From positions 13,330,001-13,394,000 of the forward strand of contig JBHGNT010000011.1 in assembly GCA_043228905.1 (NCBI GenBank): 64,000 nucleotides of DNA, read 5' to 3'. Numbering within the stretch: the stretch's first letter is position 1; every line of letters starts with the position of its first letter. This document shows positions 62,196 to 64,000 of this stretch, piece by piece. This stretch comes from Azolla caroliniana. Taxonomy: Eukaryota > Plantae > Polypodiophyta. The notes beneath the pieces were generated by a model that worked only from the letters and a program-made list of their open reading frames with translations, was not told the DNA's origin and made no database searches. A program made the position numbers and the translations under genes.

Positions 62196-64000
62196 ATGAG
62201 GGGGTCGGATCTCGCAGAGGCCATGGCTTCGGCCGTGGATCGGATTGTAAACGCGCGCGAGAGCACCGGTGCCCTCGACAGAGCTATTGAGGCGGTCGTC
62301 GGCACGATCGGCCGGTTCGATGGGAAGGATGCCACGAAGTATTTGGCGTCCTACGGTGCAGAGATGCTGATGCGGGACATTCCGGAGGAAAGGCGTCTTG
62401 CCGGATTTCCCCGAGTGGCGATGCCGAGCATCCATGCGGAGGTGCTCGAGGTGCGGACGGAGAGCCGTACCTGGGAGGAGTTCGAAGGTCGGCTCCTAGA
62501 GAAATACGGGCTGGACGACGCGCTCCGGCTTTCGAAGCGAAGGTTCATGGAATGGGTGGAGTCCCCGGGGAAGGGAAGAAACGCGTCGGCGCTCCTCCGG
62601 GAGTTCGAGGAAAACTTTGCGCGCCTTTCGGCGCTCGACCGAACCATCCTGGACACGAGCCGGGTCTTGCTGTTTGTCAAGTCGGTCGACGAGCGGGATC
62701 GGGAACAAGTGGGCCTCTTGCTGGAAACCGAAGACGGGCTCACTACCGACTGGGCGGCTGTCAGGAAGGTCTGTGGCCGTTTCGACAAACGGCGAGAATG
62801 GGCGGATAACGGGGCGACCGGGTCGGGCTCGGTCGCAGCAAGGAAGCTCGAACCAGCGCCACAGGTGCGCAAGGAAGAGACCCGGGAGTGGTTGGAAACC
62901 GGTTCGGCTTCGACTGGCGTAGTCAGAGGCTCAACCGGAGGAGCGGCGCTGGAGGAATTGACGAAGGCGATAAAGGACCTCCAAATCGCGCAGGCCCGAA
63001 GGGAAGGAGGCGAACCGGCTCGTGACCGACGGCCGGCGGCAGGAAACAGGTGCATGTGGTGCGATGAAGTCGGCCACATTCGGAAGGACTGCGGCGACTT
63101 CGCGGAGGCGCTGAGGGACAGGGTGGTGTACCTGTGGGAAGGACGGGTGCATGCCAGCGACACCCGAAGGGCCCTGAGCCGAAACGACGGAAAAGGTGGT
63201 ATGAAAAGGTTGATGGAAGAGGCGGCGGCCCGACACGCGGAAACCGTCCACTACTCGGCGTCGGCCGGCATTCGAGTCGGGGGCGGCGAGGCCCGAAGGG
63301 AAAGCAAAGCCGGATTCTGGCCGACGATACTGGAAGGCCTTGCCGGTGCAAGGCTTAGAAGGGAGGAATCGGACAGTGCGGAGAAACGGGTACGGGAGAT
63401 GACCGGGTGGAGCGACCCGGTCGAGGAACGGACGGGCTTCGTGGAAGCCGCTTGCCAGAACTACGAGGCTCTGGTAGAAGAGAAGCGGGTGGGGAAACCC
63501 GGGACGACCGGGCCCTCACAACGATACGAGACCCGGTCCGGGCCACGACGGGACGAAGCCGGCGGGGCCGGCACGCAAGATAAACCCCAGAAGGGCGGGT
63601 ACCGTCTGGGGACGGAGATAGAAAGGACCACGGACTTACGGAAGGTCCTGGAGGAACGGATCCTCGACAGCAAGGTGGAGCTGTCGTTACGAGAGGTGCT
63701 GGGAATCGCCAAGAAGGAGTTCCACGACTCCATCGTGGACTTGGTGAAACGGAAGAGGCTGTCGACGGAGACAGAACCGGAAAGACCGGTGGAAGTGCGG
63801 ACGACGCACCTAGACGACATGGCGCTGGGAGACGAGTGGGCGGAAAGCCACTATTCGAGACCACACTGGGCCCGAGCGACCACGGAGACCCCGGTGAGGA
63901 TCGGCGATGTCCGGGAACCGGTGATAGCTTTGGTGGACCACGGATCGGAGATCAATTTGATGTCCATGGACTTCTATAAGAAGGGCAAATGGCCGATCAA
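62196..64000 (+). CDS. G6 gag-protease polyprotein, runs off the window (absent from the ORF track)
   Basis: ATG at 62196; GRFDGKDATKYL, knuckle CMWCDEVGHIRKDC and protease ALVDHGSEINLM in the same frame. Confidence 0.9.
   Translation, partial: MRGSDLAEAMASAVDRIVNARESTGALDRAIEAVVGTIGRFDGKDATKYLASYGAEMLMRDIPEERRLAGFPRVAMPSIHAEVLEVRTESRTWEEFEGRLLEKYGLDDALRLSKRRFMEWVESPGKGRNASALLREFEENFARLSALDRTILDTSRVLLFVKSVDERDREQVGLLLETEDGLTTDWAAVRKVCGRFDKRREWADNGATGSGSVAARKLEPAPQVRKEETREWLETGSASTGVVRGSTGGAALEELTKAIKDLQIAQARREGGEPARDRRPAAGNRCMWCDEVGHIRKDCGDFAEALRDRVVYLWEGRVHASDTRRALSRNDGKGGMKRLMEEAAARHAETVHYSASAGIRVGGGEARRESKAGFWPTILEGLAGARLRREESDSAEKRVREMTGWSDPVEERTGFVEAACQNYEALVEEKRVGKPGTTGPSQRYETRSGPRRDEAGGAGTQDKPQKGGYRLGTEIERTTDLRKVLEERILDSKVELSLREVLGIAKKEFHDSIVDLVKRKRLSTETEPERPVEVRTTHLDDMALGDEWAESHYSRPHWARATTETPVRIGDVREPVIALVDHGSEINLMSMDFYKKGKWPI

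Noticed and set aside
61581-63864. Long minus-strand ORFs (284, 270, 169 aa)
   Set aside because: Antisense shadows of the GC-rich G6 LTR and gag frame.

Overview
Eukaryotic, transposon-saturated DNA, most consistent with a non-seed land plant such as a fern, lycophyte or bryophyte (inferred from the retroelement types and a plastid rpl14-like fragment). About 85-90% is a nest of LTR retrotransposons that can be ordered by target-site duplications (TSDs). Nest 1: a chromodomain Gypsy (5568-17181, TSD GTAGG) containing a near-intact Copia (9027-14523, TSD AAAAA). Nest 2: a degenerate non-chromoviral Gypsy (from ~20.9 kb) carrying a 3.9-kb RING/palindromic-satellite insert and interrupted by a Copia (from 31604). 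That Copia holds a second Copia (32893-54317), which holds an intact self-priming Tcn1/Tf1-type chromovirus (36270-42041, TSD GGACC) and a near-intact three-ORF Gypsy (44046-53919, TSD ATCGG). Two more Gypsy elements run to the window end. Two signals stand out. First, removing the 5568-17181 insertion reassembles a four-intron pseudogene encoding a ParB/Srx-like domain fused to a bacterial-type beta-class N4C/N6A DNA methyltransferase (minus strand, ~19520 to 4813). Second, three separate copies of one Gypsy lineage have, where the polypurine tract should be, a tRNA-Arg 3'-half mimic ending in CCA with a covarying hairpin, which suggests tRNA-dependent plus-strand priming. All calls are by eye; no database searches were run.
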